Positions 40,170 through 50,953 are shown, counted from the first letter of the stretch. The stretch: 64,000 nt of DNA from Pyrinomonadaceae bacterium (GCA_046313635.1 JBKBYA010000008.1:64001-128000); one strand, 5' to 3'. Notes: generated by a model not told the origin, from the sequence alone. Program-made: numbers and translations.

Positions 40170-41150
40170 ATGAAAATCGCAGCATCGCTCTTACTGTCTT
40201 CACTCTGTCTCGCCGTCTCATCTTGCGCTCCGGGGCCGGCGAATACGGCCGGCAACTCCAACGCGGCGAACGCAAACGCGAGCGCCTCGCCCGCGGTCCA
40301 AAACCTGACGACCGTCGATCGCCCGCAAAATATCAAGGACCAGATGGCGAGCCGCGGCGAGCAGGACGCGGCCGCTCCGACACTCAAGATCGTCGAGCCG
40401 GCGGCAAACTCGACGGTCAACGGATCGACCGTAAAAGTGAAGCTCAGTATCGCGGGCGATCTCAAAGGCTATCAGCCGCACAAGGACGCCGCGACCGGCT
40501 CGGGCAATCACATTCACGTGATCCTCGACAACCAGCCCTACGAAGCCTATTACGATCTCGGGCAGGAGTTCGAATTGCGAAACGTCTCGGACGGCGAGCA
40601 CACGCTGCGCGTCTTCCCGTCGCGGCCTTGGCACGAGAGTTATAAGAACGAAGGCGCGTTCCAGATGGTGAAGTTCACCGTCAAGAACGGCGGCGCCGAC
40701 GCGAGCAAGCCCGCGACGACCAACTCGGGCCAGCCGATGTCGTCGGCGAGCGGCAACGCGAACGTAAGCGAGCGTGCCAACGCTAATACCTCGGCCGCGG
40801 TCGAGGGCAAGGACGTGCAGCGAACGAACGCCGGACCTGTCGACCCGACCAAGCCGCTGCTGACCTACAGCCGGCCAAAGGGCGAATACAAAGGCGCCGA
40901 TGCGGACGCGATCATGATCGATTTCTGGCTTGCTAACGCGAAGCTCACCGGCGACGGCGGCGAGTATCGCGTTCGCTATTCGGTCGACGGCGGCGAGCCG
41001 AGATTCATCGACAAATGGGAGCCGATATGGCTCTCGGGCTGGACGGCCGGCAAGCACACGGTCAAGCTCGAACTCGTCGATAAGAACGGCGCCGTGGTCG
41101 ACAACGGCGGGTACAATTCGACGACGCGCGAGATCACGGTGATCAAATAG
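40170..41150 (+). CDS. Lipoprotein with two Ig-like beta domains
   Basis: Lipobox AVSSC; GNHIHVILDN; repeated G.HT(L/V) domain ends. Confidence 0.75.
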   Translation: MKIAASLLLSSLCLAVSSCAPGPANTAGNSNAANANASASPAVQNLTTVDRPQNIKDQMASRGEQDAAAPTLKIVEPAANSTVNGSTVKVKLSIAGDLKGYQPHKDAATGSGNHIHVILDNQPYEAYYDLGQEFELRNVSDGEHTLRVFPSRPWHESYKNEGAFQMVKFTVKNGGADASKPATTNSGQPMSSASGNANVSERANANTSAAVEGKDVQRTNAGPVDPTKPLLTYSRPKGEYKGADADAIMIDFWLANAKLTGDGGEYRVRYSVDGGEPRFIDKWEPIWLSGWTAGKHTVKLELVDKNGAVVDNGGYNSTTREITVIK

Positions 41151-41210
41151 CCGAGTGTCGCACCCGGAAATAAGGACGGCAGGCACCGCAAACGCCTGCC
41201 GTATGTTTTT
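41151..41210 (+). promoter_or_regulatory. Candidate guanidine-III (ykkC-III)-like riboswitch overlapping a terminator
   Basis: CCGAG-TGTCG-CACCCGG...GACGGCA, then the stem ACGGCAGGC/GCCTGCCGT plus T-tract, directly before the sugE ATG. Confidence 0.45.
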
Positions 41211-41531
41211 ATGAATTGGCTCTTTTTGTTCATTGCCGGAATATTCGAGATCGCGTGGGCGATCGGGCTCAAATACACCGACGGCTGGTCGCGGCTGTGG
41301 CCGAGCGTCGCAACCGTCGTGCTGATGATCGCGAGCTTTTACTTTCTCTCGCTCGCCGTCAGGACGCTGCCGCTCGGTACGGCCTACGCGGTGTGGACCG
41401 GCATCGGCACGGTCGGCGCCGCGCTGCTGGGGATGCTGCTGTTTGACGAGCCGCGAGACATCATTCGCGTCGTGTGCATTCTGCTCATCGTCGCCGGCAT
41501 CGTCGGGCTCAAGATCGCGTCGCCCAATTAA
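41211..41531 (+). CDS. sugE: SMR family exporter, SugE/Gdx subtype
   Basis: AGIFEIAWAIGLK, LPLGTAYAVWTGIG; 106 aa with 4 TM. Confidence 0.9.
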   Translation: MNWLFLFIAGIFEIAWAIGLKYTDGWSRLWPSVATVVLMIASFYFLSLAVRTLPLGTAYAVWTGIGTVGAALLGMLLFDEPRDIIRVVCILLIVAGIVGLKIASPN

Positions 41532-41606
41532 GACATTCGGCACTCGCGTATTAGAATCACATTTCTTATTTAACGGTTCTTTTTAAGACCTATATCGGAG
41601 ACCATT

Positions 41607-42344
41607 ATGGAACGCGTGACCACGTCGTGGTACAGCCACAACTTGAATATGGATATGCCGCTCGTCAGGTACGGGCATGCGGGCTACCCGCTGCTGATGT
41701 TTCCGACGGCGGCGGCCGATTATCTCGAATATGAGAGATTTCACCTGATCGACGCGATCAAGGACCTTATCGAGCGCGGCCAGATACGCGCTTACTCGAT
41801 CAACTCGGTCAATCGCTACAGCCTGCTCAACCAGGGGTCGCATCCCGGCTGGAAGGTCGAGATGCTGACCCGCTACGACAAGTACGTGACCGAAGAGGTT
41901 CTGCCGCTCATCCGCAGCGAATGCGGGCCCGATGCGCGGCCGCTCGTCACCGGAGCGTCGCTCGGCGCACTGCTGGCGGTCAATACCTACTTCAAGCACC
42001 CCGATCTCTTTCGCGGCGTGATCGCGATGAGCGGCAGCTACGACATCTACAACTATCTCGACGCGGGCTATTACGACGACAACGTCTACTTCAATAACCC
42101 GGCGATGTATCTTAAAAATCTCGACGACGACCGCTACCTGCCGCTCCTGCGTCAGGCTGACTCGATCGTCATCGTCAGCGGCCAGGGAGCGTACGAGGCG
42201 CCTGAGCGAAGCCGCGAGCTCTCGCAGATCCTACATTCAAAGGGCATACCGCACCTTCTCGAATTGTGGGGCCGCGACGTCAGCCACGACTGGCCCTGGT
42301 GGCGAAAGATGCTGCCGCATTATCTGGGTAGATTTGTTTCCTAG
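41607..42344 (+). CDS. Esterase family alpha/beta hydrolase
   Basis: GASLG nucleophile elbow, HDWPWW. Confidence 0.85.
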   Translation: MERVTTSWYSHNLNMDMPLVRYGHAGYPLLMFPTAAADYLEYERFHLIDAIKDLIERGQIRAYSINSVNRYSLLNQGSHPGWKVEMLTRYDKYVTEEVLPLIRSECGPDARPLVTGASLGALLAVNTYFKHPDLFRGVIAMSGSYDIYNYLDAGYYDDNVYFNNPAMYLKNLDDDRYLPLLRQADSIVIVSGQGAYEAPERSRELSQILHSKGIPHLLELWGRDVSHDWPWWRKMLPHYLGRFVS

Positions 42345-42363
42345 CGTGGTGCAGGCGACAAAA

Positions 42364-42414
42364 TGAGAAAGGGAGAAAGTGAGCAGCTCACCTTCTCCCT
42401 TTCTCCGTTTCTCA
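42364..42414. repeat. Octamer-repeat hairpin between convergent genes
   Basis: GAGAAAGG GAGAAAGT GAG pairs with CTCACCTTCTCCCTTTCTC. Confidence 0.7.
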
Positions 42415-42433
42415 CACAAAAACCCTCGCCGCG

Positions 42434-44995
42434 TCACCCGTCGCCCTTCTTTCCCTTTCGTTTCGTACCTTCTGAGGGCGGCGGATTTTCGACGCGCTTC
42501 GGCGTCGGGACCGGCTTGACCGGATCTTCGATAACGACCCGCGGATTGTTGGGCTTTTCGCCGCCGCTCGGATTCGGCGCGTCGGGGTCGCCGCTCGGCG
42601 GGGGCGTTACGAAGTTGGGGTCGGGTGTCGGCTTTGGCCCGGGATCGAACGCGACACCGGTCTTGCGGCCGGCGATCTCGGCCTCCTGTAGCTTTTCGAG
42701 CTCCTCGCGCTTGTTGCGGGCGATCAGGTCGCGGATGTCGTTCGGTATCGGCGGCGGCTCCGGGAATCGCTCGATCGGCTTGCCTTTCATAAACACGTTC
42801 ATGAACGCGTTAAAGTACGGCAGCGCTCCGTGCCCGCCCGTCATATTTGCGCCGAGGTCCTGCTTCTTTTCCGGGTTGCCCATCCATACGCCCGTGACGT
42901 AGGTCGGCGTGTAGCCGATGAACCAGACGTCGGTGTGATCGTTCACCGTACCGGTCTTGCCGGCGACGGGATGTCCGGCGGCGCTGGCCCCGGCCGCGGT
43001 CCCGCCCGGCCCGGTCACGGCGCGCATCATATCGACCATCGTCAGCGCGACATATTCGCTCGTCACTTTTGAGCTCTGGTTGTCCCACTCCTCAAGGAGC
43101 GAGCCGTCGCGGCTGTACACCTTGCGGATCAGGTGCGGGATCATCCGGATGCCCTTATTTGGAAATGCGGAATACGCCGACGTCATCTCAAGCAGCGACG
43201 CCTCGCTCGCTCCGAGTGCCGAGGGCAGGCTCGGCGCCATCGGATTGGTAATGCCAAATCGCCGCACCATCTGCGCGCCGGCCTGTATGCCGACCTGCTC
43301 GAGCAGGTGTACGGCGGCGAGGTTGTACGACTTGGCGAGAGCGAGCTTCATCGGGACGTTCGGGTGGCTCAGACTGCCGTCGTAGTTGTGCGGCATCCAG
43401 CTGCCTTTCTTGACCGGCGCTCCGCTGACCATCATCTCGGGAGTCATTCCATTCTCGACGGCGGCCGTATAGATAAAAGGCTTGTACGCCGACCCTGTCT
43501 GGCGCAGCCCCTGGGTCACGTTGTTGAAGCGGCTGGTGTGAAAGTCGTAGCCGCCGACCATCGCGACGATCTCGCCGTTCTTGGCGTTGATCGTGACGAT
43601 GCCCGCCTGCACCTCAGGCACCTGCGAGAGCTCGACCTCGAGTGTCTGGTTGTCGTTATCCACCTTTTTGACCAAAAACTCGCAGAGCAGGCCCGGCTTG
43701 AGCTCGTCCTTTGGACGCTTGCCGCTGCGCCCCATATTCGCGGGCCCGACGATCGCCTTGTAACGGCCAAAGCGCACGGCCGCCGCGTCTGCCGCCGCGT
43801 TGACGTTCATCACGAGGCCCTTGACGTACTCGCCCTCCTCGTACTCGTCGCCGTACCAGTCGGCGTGCTTGTAGCTGTTGAGCCGCTGCTGAATTTCCTT
43901 TTCGTCGGTCAGCGGCTGGTTGTCGCTGCCGACAAGGATGTTCTGGTAATCCGAGCGCCAGCGGCGTCCGCGGTCGTAGGCGCGAAGCTGCTCGCGGACG
44001 ACCTTGGTCGCCTGCTTTTGCGCGTCGACGTTGATCGTCGTATAGACCTTGAGCCCGCCCTGCGCGACGCGGGTCGTGTATTTCTCTTCGAGGTAGCGGC
44101 GGATCTCCTCGACCGGATAATCCCACGCGGTGGATTTCGGCAGTGCCTGGTAATACGCGGTGTCGGCGAGCTTGATCGGCTTTGCCTTGGCCGCGTCGGC
44201 CGCGGCCTGCGAGTACTTTTCTGGAAAGTACTTGGCCATCTGGTCGAGGACGATATCGCGCCGCATCTTCGCCTTTTCCATGTTGCGGGTGGGCGAATAC
44301 TCCGGCGACTTGGGAATGGCGGCGAGCAGCGCGGCCTCCTCGAGGTTGAGGTCCTTGAGCGACTTGCCGAAGTACGTCCTCGCTCCGGCCTCAAAGCCGT
44401 AGGCCCCGGCGCCGAGAAAGACGTAGTTCATATACATCTCGAGGATCTGGTCCTTGGTATAGAACCGCTCGATCTGCAGCGCGACGGCCCACTCGTTGAC
44501 CTTGCGGGTCAGCGTCTGGTCCTTGTAGAGAAAGAGATTCTTGGCGAGCTGCTGCGTGATGGTCGAGGCCCCCTCGGTCTTGCCGTAGACGACGTTGCGG
44601 ACGACGGCCCCGGCGATGCGGTACGGGTCGATGCCGATGTGGTCGCGAAATCGATAGTCCTCGATGGCGAGCAGAGCGTCGGTGACCTGCGGCGGTACGT
44701 CCTGGATCTTGATCGGGATGCGCTTTTCGATCGCGAACTCGGCGAGCACCGTCTCGCCGTCGTCGGCGTAGATCGTCGTCACCTGCGGCGGTCGGTAGGT
44801 CGCAAGCGCCGACACCTCGATCGAGTACCGCGAGTTGTTCAGGTAATAGGACGCGAGCACGCCGGTCAGTGCGCCGGCCGAGAGGGCCAGCAGCAGCGTC
44901 AGACCAAACCAGATAAAACGGCCGCCGCGCGAGCGCGTCCTGGCCTCGACGCTCGCGACCTCTTTTGTGACCTTTCGCCTGAACTCCCTTGCCAT
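42434..44995 (-). CDS. mrcA: Class A penicillin-binding protein 1A
   Basis: Transglycosylase motifs EDYRF and GASTITQQLAKN; transpeptidase motifs SAYK, SYN, KTG. Confidence 0.92.
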   Translation of the reverse strand: MAREFRRKVTKEVASVEARTRSRGGRFIWFGLTLLLALSAGALTGVLASYYLNNSRYSIEVSALATYRPPQVTTIYADDGETVLAEFAIEKRIPIKIQDVPPQVTDALLAIEDYRFRDHIGIDPYRIAGAVVRNVVYGKTEGASTITQQLAKNLFLYKDQTLTRKVNEWAVALQIERFYTKDQILEMYMNYVFLGAGAYGFEAGARTYFGKSLKDLNLEEAALLAAIPKSPEYSPTRNMEKAKMRRDIVLDQMAKYFPEKYSQAAADAAKAKPIKLADTAYYQALPKSTAWDYPVEEIRRYLEEKYTTRVAQGGLKVYTTINVDAQKQATKVVREQLRAYDRGRRWRSDYQNILVGSDNQPLTDEKEIQQRLNSYKHADWYGDEYEEGEYVKGLVMNVNAAADAAAVRFGRYKAIVGPANMGRSGKRPKDELKPGLLCEFLVKKVDNDNQTLEVELSQVPEVQAGIVTINAKNGEIVAMVGGYDFHTSRFNNVTQGLRQTGSAYKPFIYTAAVENGMTPEMMVSGAPVKKGSWMPHNYDGSLSHPNVPMKLALAKSYNLAAVHLLEQVGIQAGAQMVRRFGITNPMAPSLPSALGASEASLLEMTSAYSAFPNKGIRMIPHLIRKVYSRDGSLLEEWDNQSSKVTSEYVALTMVDMMRAVTGPGGTAAGASAAGHPVAGKTGTVNDHTDVWFIGYTPTYVTGVWMGNPEKKQDLGANMTGGHGALPYFNAFMNVFMKGKPIERFPEPPPIPNDIRDLIARNKREELEKLQEAEIAGRKTGVAFDPGPKPTPDPNFVTPPPSGDPDAPNPSGGEKPNNPRVVIEDPVKPVPTPKRVENPPPSEGTKRKGKKGDG

Positions 44996-45011
44996 TACTG
45001 CCTAAAGCCTC

Positions 45012-46130
45012 CTAGTTGACGAATCGCCGCATCTTGATGCTGACGACAAAACCGATCGCGATGAATGTCGAGAGGATCGCCGACAACCCGGCGCTCATCA
45101 TCGGGAGCGGGACGCCGATCACGGGCAGGAACCCTTCTGCCATGCCGACGTTCATAAAGATCTGAAACATCATTCCCGATACAACGCTCATTATAACGAG
45201 CATCGCCGCGCGGTCAGAGCATTGCCGCGCTCCGGCGATCATCCGCGAGAGCAGCAGAGCGTAGGCGAGCAGCAGCGAGACACAGCCGATAAAGCCTGTA
45301 TTCTCCGCCGTCACCGCAAAGATGAAATCGGTATGCGGCTCGGGCAGGAATTTAAGAACGCTCTGTGACGTCTCGGGGTCGCCCTGATTGCCGGCAAGCC
45401 CGCCCTTGCCGACAGTGATCGTCGACTGGATGGTGTGATAGCCGTAGCCGCGCGGGTCGACCTGATCAGGATCGATGATCGCGAGGATGCGCTCCTGCTG
45501 GTAGCGCTTTATCTTGCCGGTCTTAACGCCGACGATATAGGCCGACGGTACGAGAACGGCGGCCGCGACGATCGCCAGCACCACGTAACGCATCCTGATC
45601 GCCGAGAGGAAGAGCATCGCCGCAAAGATCGGCATGTACGTGATCGCCTGCCCGGCGTCGGGCTCGGCGAGGATCAGCACGAGCGGGCCTGCAAAGATGG
45701 CCGCGCCGACCATCATCTGCCTGAGACCGATCTCGCTCGCCTTCTTTGATCCGAAATACTTGGCGAGCATCAGCACGGTCGGTATCTTGGCGAATTCTGA
45801 CGGCTGGAACTGCCCGATCACGGGCAGCCGCAGCCATGCCTTTTGCCCGTTTACCTGCACGCCGAGCGGCGTCAGCACGAGCAGCAGCAGCACGATCGCT
45901 CCGACGTAAAAGAACGGAGCCGCGTCGATGATCCGCCGGTAATCGCTGAATGCGACGACCGTGAAAGCCGCGAGCGCGATGCCGATGCCGAGGATCTGCT
46001 TTGACCAATAGTTCTCGTCCGGCTGCGCGTTATGGATCTGCCACACGCCGAAGGCCGAGATCGCGATCGCGAGTATCGCCGAGAGCCAGTCAAAGTCGCG
46101 CAGGTCGCGTTTTTCGATGATCGATACCAT
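45012..46130 (-). CDS. rodA: Rod shape-determining protein RodA
   Basis: FQPSEFAK, EPDAG, YQQERI, LPEPHTDFIF. Confidence 0.93.
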   Translation of the reverse strand: MVSIIEKRDLRDFDWLSAILAIAISAFGVWQIHNAQPDENYWSKQILGIGIALAAFTVVAFSDYRRIIDAAPFFYVGAIVLLLLVLTPLGVQVNGQKAWLRLPVIGQFQPSEFAKIPTVLMLAKYFGSKKASEIGLRQMMVGAAIFAGPLVLILAEPDAGQAITYMPIFAAMLFLSAIRMRYVVLAIVAAAVLVPSAYIVGVKTGKIKRYQQERILAIIDPDQVDPRGYGYHTIQSTITVGKGGLAGNQGDPETSQSVLKFLPEPHTDFIFAVTAENTGFIGCVSLLLAYALLLSRMIAGARQCSDRAAMLVIMSVVSGMMFQIFMNVGMAEGFLPVIGVPLPMMSAGLSAILSTFIAIGFVVSIKMRRFVN

Positions 46131-46151
46131 GTCGTCTATTTCCCGGCCGGA

Positions 46152-48080
46152 CTACTGGCCGTTGCCGTGATCCTTTTCGGTCCCGACGCTGCCGGGCGTG
46201 TGCAAAAGCTCGGGGCTGCGCTTGGCGAGATACGCGTCGTAAACGCCCTTGGCGACCGGCGCCGCGTTGGCCGCGCCGAATCCGGAATTTTCGACCAGCG
46301 CTATCACCGAGAGCTCCGGCTTGTAGGCCGGCGCAAAGCTGACGAACCAGGCGTGGTCCTTGTTTGCCCCGACGTCCTTGCCGAGCTCGGCCACCTGCGC
46401 CGTGCCCGTCTTGCCGGCGATCTCGAAATTGGGATTGCGGATCGACGCGGCCGTACCGCCGGCATTGACCACGCCCCACATGCCCTTGAGCATTATGTCG
46501 TACTGGTCGGGCGTCATCGGGATCAGCTTCGGCTCGGGATGCTGGTACGTAAAGCCCTGCCTTGCCGGGATGTAATTCGGGTCGCCGTTGTGCTCGATCG
46601 CGGCGATCGATCTGAACTCTTTAAGGAAGTGCGGCGTGTACATCTTGCCGCCCATCGCGATGCTCGACACGGCCCGCAGCATCGATATCGGCGTGACGAC
46701 GACCGTATCCTGCCCGATCGACGCGTAAACGGTGCGGATGTCGCTCCACTTGCCCTCGTGTTTGAGTATCCACGGCATCCATGATTTGGGCGTCTGGCTG
46801 ACCTTTTCGTTCGGCAGGTCGACGCCCGTGCGCTTGTCGTACTCAAAGGTCTGGATCATCTCGATCAGTCCCTCGATGCCCATCTTCAAAGCGAGGTGAT
46901 AGTAGTAGCCGTCGCACGATTTGGTGATCGCGTAGTCGAGCGGCGGAGCGCCGTGGCTGCCCATGCAGCGCGTGAACTTGTTGCCGATCGTGATGCCGCC
47001 GCCGCAGAGCATATTGGACTTTTTCGGCGTGATCACGCCCTGCAGAAGAGCGCCGGCCGATTCGGGAATTTTCCATGTCGAGCCCGGCGGGTAGCGGCCC
47101 TGGATCGCACGGTTATACAGCGGACGCTTCTCGTCCTGCCAGTAGGCCGCGATCTGGCGCCGGCCCTCGGGACTCGACGGCCCGCTGATAAAGACGTTCG
47201 GGTCGTAGGCCGGATGCGAGACCATGGCGAGGATCTCGCCGTTGTTCGGGTCCATCACGATGACGGTGCCGCGCTTTGTCGCCGACTCGTCGAGCTTCTT
47301 TTCGGCGGCGAGCTGAATGTCGAGGTCGATCGTCGAGACGAGGTCCATCCCGGCCTGCGGCGGTACGGTCTCGATCTCGGCCTGCACGCGGCCGCGGCTG
47401 TCGACGACAACCTTTCGGTAGCCGGGTCGCCCGCGCAGGTACTCGTCGTAATACTGCTCGAGGCCGCCCTTGCCGATGATGTCGCCGGCCTTGTAGCCCT
47501 TTTCGCGGTACTCGGCCCGTTCGAGCTGGGCAGGGCTGATCTCGCCGACGTAGCCGAGCACGTGCGACAGCACCGGGCCGAGCGGGTAATGTCTCTGCGG
47601 CTGGAGCTCGACCCGGAGCTCGGGAAACTCGAGCGAGTGAGCCTCGACCCAGGCGATGTCCTGTATGCCCGCGTTCTCTTTGAGGACGAGCGTTTCCAGC
47701 TCGGTGATCTTGTCGCCCGAGTGCTTGATGAGGTTCAGCTTTTCGGCGACGAACTGCGGCTCGAGACCGAGACCGGCCGAATAATCGGCGGCCCGGCCGG
47801 TGATGTCTATTTTCTTGAGCGGATCGTATGAGACGACGACGTTGTACGTCGGCCTCGAATCGACGAGGATCTTGCCGTTGCGGTCAAAGATCGCTCCCCG
47901 CGCGGCCGGTATCGGGATCAGCCGCACGCGTTGATTCTCGGCCCGCTCGCTGTAGTATTCGCCCTTGACGATCTGCAGGTAATACAGCCTGACGCCGAGG
48001 ATCGTCAGCAGCACAAAGGCGAGGACCTGAATGGTCGAGACGCGTGCCGAGAGATTTTGGACGTGATCGTAGATCTTCAT
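46152..48080 (-). CDS. mrdA: Penicillin-binding protein 2
   Basis: ARGAIFDRNG, YPPGSTWK, SCD, KTGTAQ. Confidence 0.93.
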   Translation of the reverse strand: MKIYDHVQNLSARVSTIQVLAFVLLTILGVRLYYLQIVKGEYYSERAENQRVRLIPIPAARGAIFDRNGKILVDSRPTYNVVVSYDPLKKIDITGRAADYSAGLGLEPQFVAEKLNLIKHSGDKITELETLVLKENAGIQDIAWVEAHSLEFPELRVELQPQRHYPLGPVLSHVLGYVGEISPAQLERAEYREKGYKAGDIIGKGGLEQYYDEYLRGRPGYRKVVVDSRGRVQAEIETVPPQAGMDLVSTIDLDIQLAAEKKLDESATKRGTVIVMDPNNGEILAMVSHPAYDPNVFISGPSSPEGRRQIAAYWQDEKRPLYNRAIQGRYPPGSTWKIPESAGALLQGVITPKKSNMLCGGGITIGNKFTRCMGSHGAPPLDYAITKSCDGYYYHLALKMGIEGLIEMIQTFEYDKRTGVDLPNEKVSQTPKSWMPWILKHEGKWSDIRTVYASIGQDTVVVTPISMLRAVSSIAMGGKMYTPHFLKEFRSIAAIEHNGDPNYIPARQGFTYQHPEPKLIPMTPDQYDIMLKGMWGVVNAGGTAASIRNPNFEIAGKTGTAQVAELGKDVGANKDHAWFVSFAPAYKPELSVIALVENSGFGAANAAPVAKGVYDAYLAKRSPELLHTPGSVGTEKDHGNGQ

Positions 48081-48116
48081 ATTGGCGCTGCAGCATCCGT
48101 GATCGAGAGTTGAACG

Positions 48117-48662
48117 CTATTTGCCGAGCCGGATGGGATTGCGACGCCGCGTCTGCCGGCGCGGGGTGAACACGTCGCGCTTTGGCCTGCGGACACGCTC
48201 CTTCAAAAAATGGTCGAGCAGCACAAAAACGGCCGTGCCCGCGATCGTCGTGCCGATCAGCGAATAAGCGACGACCGGAATGACCTGGACATTCGGCTCC
48301 TGCCCGAGCAGTTTGTGAAGCGCAAAGGACAACGTCGTACTGACCAGACTGGCTGCGGCTATGACGGGTATCCGGAGCAGAACGTTGTCCATATAGACCC
48401 GCCGCGCGACCTCGGAAACGATGTAGGCGACAAGTGTCTTGGTAAAGCCGCTCGAACCGAGCAGGCCCGAACTGAGAGCGTCGACCGCGAGCCCGGCAAA
48501 GGTCGCATAAAAGATCGCCCGGATAGAGTTTCGCTGCAGTGCCGCGTAAACGACGATGATCAACGGAAAGTCGACATACGCAAACGGCTCCGCGACGTTG
48601 CGCAGCGTCCACTGCAGCGCGACGGCGACGGCGAGGGCGATCGTTAGTTTCACTTGCTCCAT
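48117..48662 (-). CDS. mreD: Rod shape-determining protein MreD
   Basis: Hydrophobic 181-aa ORF between mreC and mrdA. Confidence 0.88.
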   Translation of the reverse strand: MEQVKLTIALAVAVALQWTLRNVAEPFAYVDFPLIIVVYAALQRNSIRAIFYATFAGLAVDALSSGLLGSSGFTKTLVAYIVSEVARRVYMDNVLLRIPVIAAASLVSTTLSFALHKLLGQEPNVQVIPVVAYSLIGTTIAGTAVFVLLDHFLKERVRRPKRDVFTPRRQTRRRNPIRLGK

Positions 48663-48716
48663 GGGCAGTCGACTTGCTCGAGCTTAACGGCCAAGAATTC
48701 TTCTCACGCTCGAAGC

Positions 48717-49616
48717 CTACTTTTTCGTCGGTTTTGTTGTCGCGTTCGGCAATTTTTGTTCGTACTCGGGCTTGGCGGGCGGCTCGTAGAGCAGAACCCC
48801 GACCTCCTGCATCGAGCTGATCCCGGCCGCGGGCTTGATAAAGATCTGGTGCGGCGTGGTCGCAGAGCCGGTTACGACCTGCACGATCTCTCCGATCTTG
48901 AGTCCCGCGGGATAAATGCCGTCTTGCCCGGTCGTATAGACGGCCTGGCCGGGCTGCACGTCAAGGTAGCCGGGAACGTACTTCATCTCGAGCACATCGC
49001 GCCGGCCTGAGCCTGTGACGACGCCGAGCGTATTTGAAGATCCGATCTCGCCGACGACCGCGCCCACGCCCGACTTGTCGCGCGTCACGAGATCGACCTG
49101 CGCCGTGAGCGGGCTTACCGCCGTCACGCGGCCGACAATGCCGCCGTTGGCGACGACCGGCATATTCAGCTTGACGCCGTCGAGGCTGCCGCGATCGATG
49201 ATCGACGACTCGAACCAGACCGAGGGGTCGCGGCCGATGATGCGCGCGGGCAGTACTTTGTATTTGCTCTGTTCTTTAAGTTCGAGCAGTGTCCGCAGGC
49301 GGTCGTTCTCGTCGGCGAGGCCTTTGGACTGGTTGACCTGTACCTCGAGCTCCTGGATCTGCTGGCGGAGGCGCGAGTTCTCGTCCTGAGCCGTGCGCAG
49401 GTTAGCGATCGAGGCAAAGTAGTTGGAGACAGCGGCAGAGACCGTAGTGACCGGCGACTGCACAAAGTCGGCCGCCGTTTGGCTCCAGACCCGTATGATC
49501 CGGTCGCCGCCGTCGGTCCTGGCGTCAAACGCCATCAGGACAAAGTTTCCCAGCAGGAGCACGATGACCAGCCACGGCGTCAGCCTCCAAACTTCTTTCT
49601 GACTTCGCTCAACCAT
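48717..49616 (-). CDS. mreC: Rod shape-determining protein MreC
   Basis: ENDRLRTLL, IDRGSLDGV, TTGQDGIYPAGL. Confidence 0.93.
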   Translation of the reverse strand: MVERSQKEVWRLTPWLVIVLLLGNFVLMAFDARTDGGDRIIRVWSQTAADFVQSPVTTVSAAVSNYFASIANLRTAQDENSRLRQQIQELEVQVNQSKGLADENDRLRTLLELKEQSKYKVLPARIIGRDPSVWFESSIIDRGSLDGVKLNMPVVANGGIVGRVTAVSPLTAQVDLVTRDKSGVGAVVGEIGSSNTLGVVTGSGRRDVLEMKYVPGYLDVQPGQAVYTTGQDGIYPAGLKIGEIVQVVTGSATTPHQIFIKPAAGISSMQEVGVLLYEPPAKPEYEQKLPNATTKPTKK

Positions 49617-49622
49617 CGTTCG

Positions 49623-49695
49623 AAAGGATAAAGGCGAAAGGATAAGGGATAACAGAACTTTACCTTTCGCCTTTAGCCGTTATCCTTCATCCTTT
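49623..49695. repeat. Heptamer-repeat hairpin in the mreB-mreC spacer
   Basis: AAAGGAT AAAGGCG AAAGGAT AAGGGAT ... ACCTTTC GCCTTTA GCCGTTA TCCTTCA TCCTTT. Confidence 0.85.
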
Positions 49696-49697
49696 GT

Positions 49698-50744
49698 CTA
49701 GCTTCCTGTCATCAATGAATTGTCCCACTTTACGCGCTTGAGGAGCTCGATGTCGGAGAGCATCTTGCCGGTGCCGAGCACGACGGACGAGAGCGGGTCG
49801 TCGGCGATGACCACCGGCAGTCCCGTCTCGATCATCAGACGCTTATCGAGATTTTTGAGCAGGGCTCCGCCGCCGGTGAGGACGATGCCGCGCTCGACGA
49901 TGTCGGCCGAGAGTTCGGGCGGCGTGCGTTCGAGCGCGACGCGGACGGCGTTGATGATCGTCGAGACCGAATCGGACAGTGCCTCGCGGACCTCTTCGTC
50001 GGTCATCGTGATCGTCTTCGGGATGCCCTCGATAAGATTGCGGCCGCGGACGTCCATCGAGAGCGGTTCGTCGAGCGGGAACGCGCTGCCGAGAGCGATC
50101 TTGATGGCCTCGGCCGTACGCTCGCCGATGAGAAGGTTGTACTTTCGCTTGATGTACTGAGTAATGGCCTCGTCCATCTCGTTGCCAGCGACGCGGACGG
50201 CACGCGAATAGACGATGCCCGACAGCGAGATGACCGCGATGTCGGTCGTGCCGCCGCCGATGTCGACGACCATATTGCCGTGCGGCTCGGTGATCGGGAG
50301 GCCCGCACCGATGGCGGCGGCCATCGCCTCCTCGACAAGATAAACTTCTGAGGCCTTTGCGCGGTAGGCCGAGTCCTCGACGGCGCGGCGCTCGACCTGC
50401 GTGATCTCGGACGGGATGCCGATGACGACGCGCGGGCGGACCCACGATTTGCCGTTATGCGCCTTGCGTATGAAGTGCTGGAGCATCTTTTCGGTCACCT
50501 CGAAGTTGGCGATCACGCCATCCTTCATCGGCCGAATGGCGACGATGTTGCCGGGTGTGCGGCCGAGCATCTCCTTGGCGTCGCGGCCGACCGCCTCGAC
50601 CTGGTTGGTGACCTTGTTGATCGCCACGATCGACGGTTCGCTGACGACTATGCCGCGCCCCTTCGCATAGACGAGCGTGTTTGCGGTCCCAAGGTCGATC
50701 GCAAGATCGCTGGAAAAAAGACTGAACAAAGACTTAAATGCCAT
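49698..50744 (-). CDS. mreB: Actin-like MreB
   Basis: [22 protein letters not shown]. Confidence 0.98.
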   Translation of the reverse strand: MAFKSLFSLFSSDLAIDLGTANTLVYAKGRGIVVSEPSIVAINKVTNQVEAVGRDAKEMLGRTPGNIVAIRPMKDGVIANFEVTEKMLQHFIRKAHNGKSWVRPRVVIGIPSEITQVERRAVEDSAYRAKASEVYLVEEAMAAAIGAGLPITEPHGNMVVDIGGGTTDIAVISLSGIVYSRAVRVAGNEMDEAITQYIKRKYNLLIGERTAEAIKIALGSAFPLDEPLSMDVRGRNLIEGIPKTITMTDEEVREALSDSVSTIINAVRVALERTPPELSADIVERGIVLTGGGALLKNLDKRLMIETGLPVVIADDPLSSVVLGTGKMLSDIELLKRVKWDNSLMTGS

Positions 50745-50953
50745 CTTTTGTACTTCTCGAGGATTGAATTGTCTTTAGAGATCGGGTCAGAAAGGGCGAT
50801 TGCCCCAGGTTTCCATGCCGCTGCCGAAATAGAGAAGAGCTATAGCCCAATGTCTAATTTGTAAGCATACACTCATCGCTTTGAGATTTTCTAGTAGAAA
50901 GCCCGAAAAACCGATGCGGCAGAGAATTTTTGGCCACCCTCTGCCTGACAAGC

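Noticed and set aside
10394..45019. Long antisense or alternative-frame ORFs (e.g. 11255-12670, 25410-27464, 43133-45019)
   Set aside because: Shadow ORFs opposite well-supported genes, expected in high-GC DNA; no recognisable motifs.
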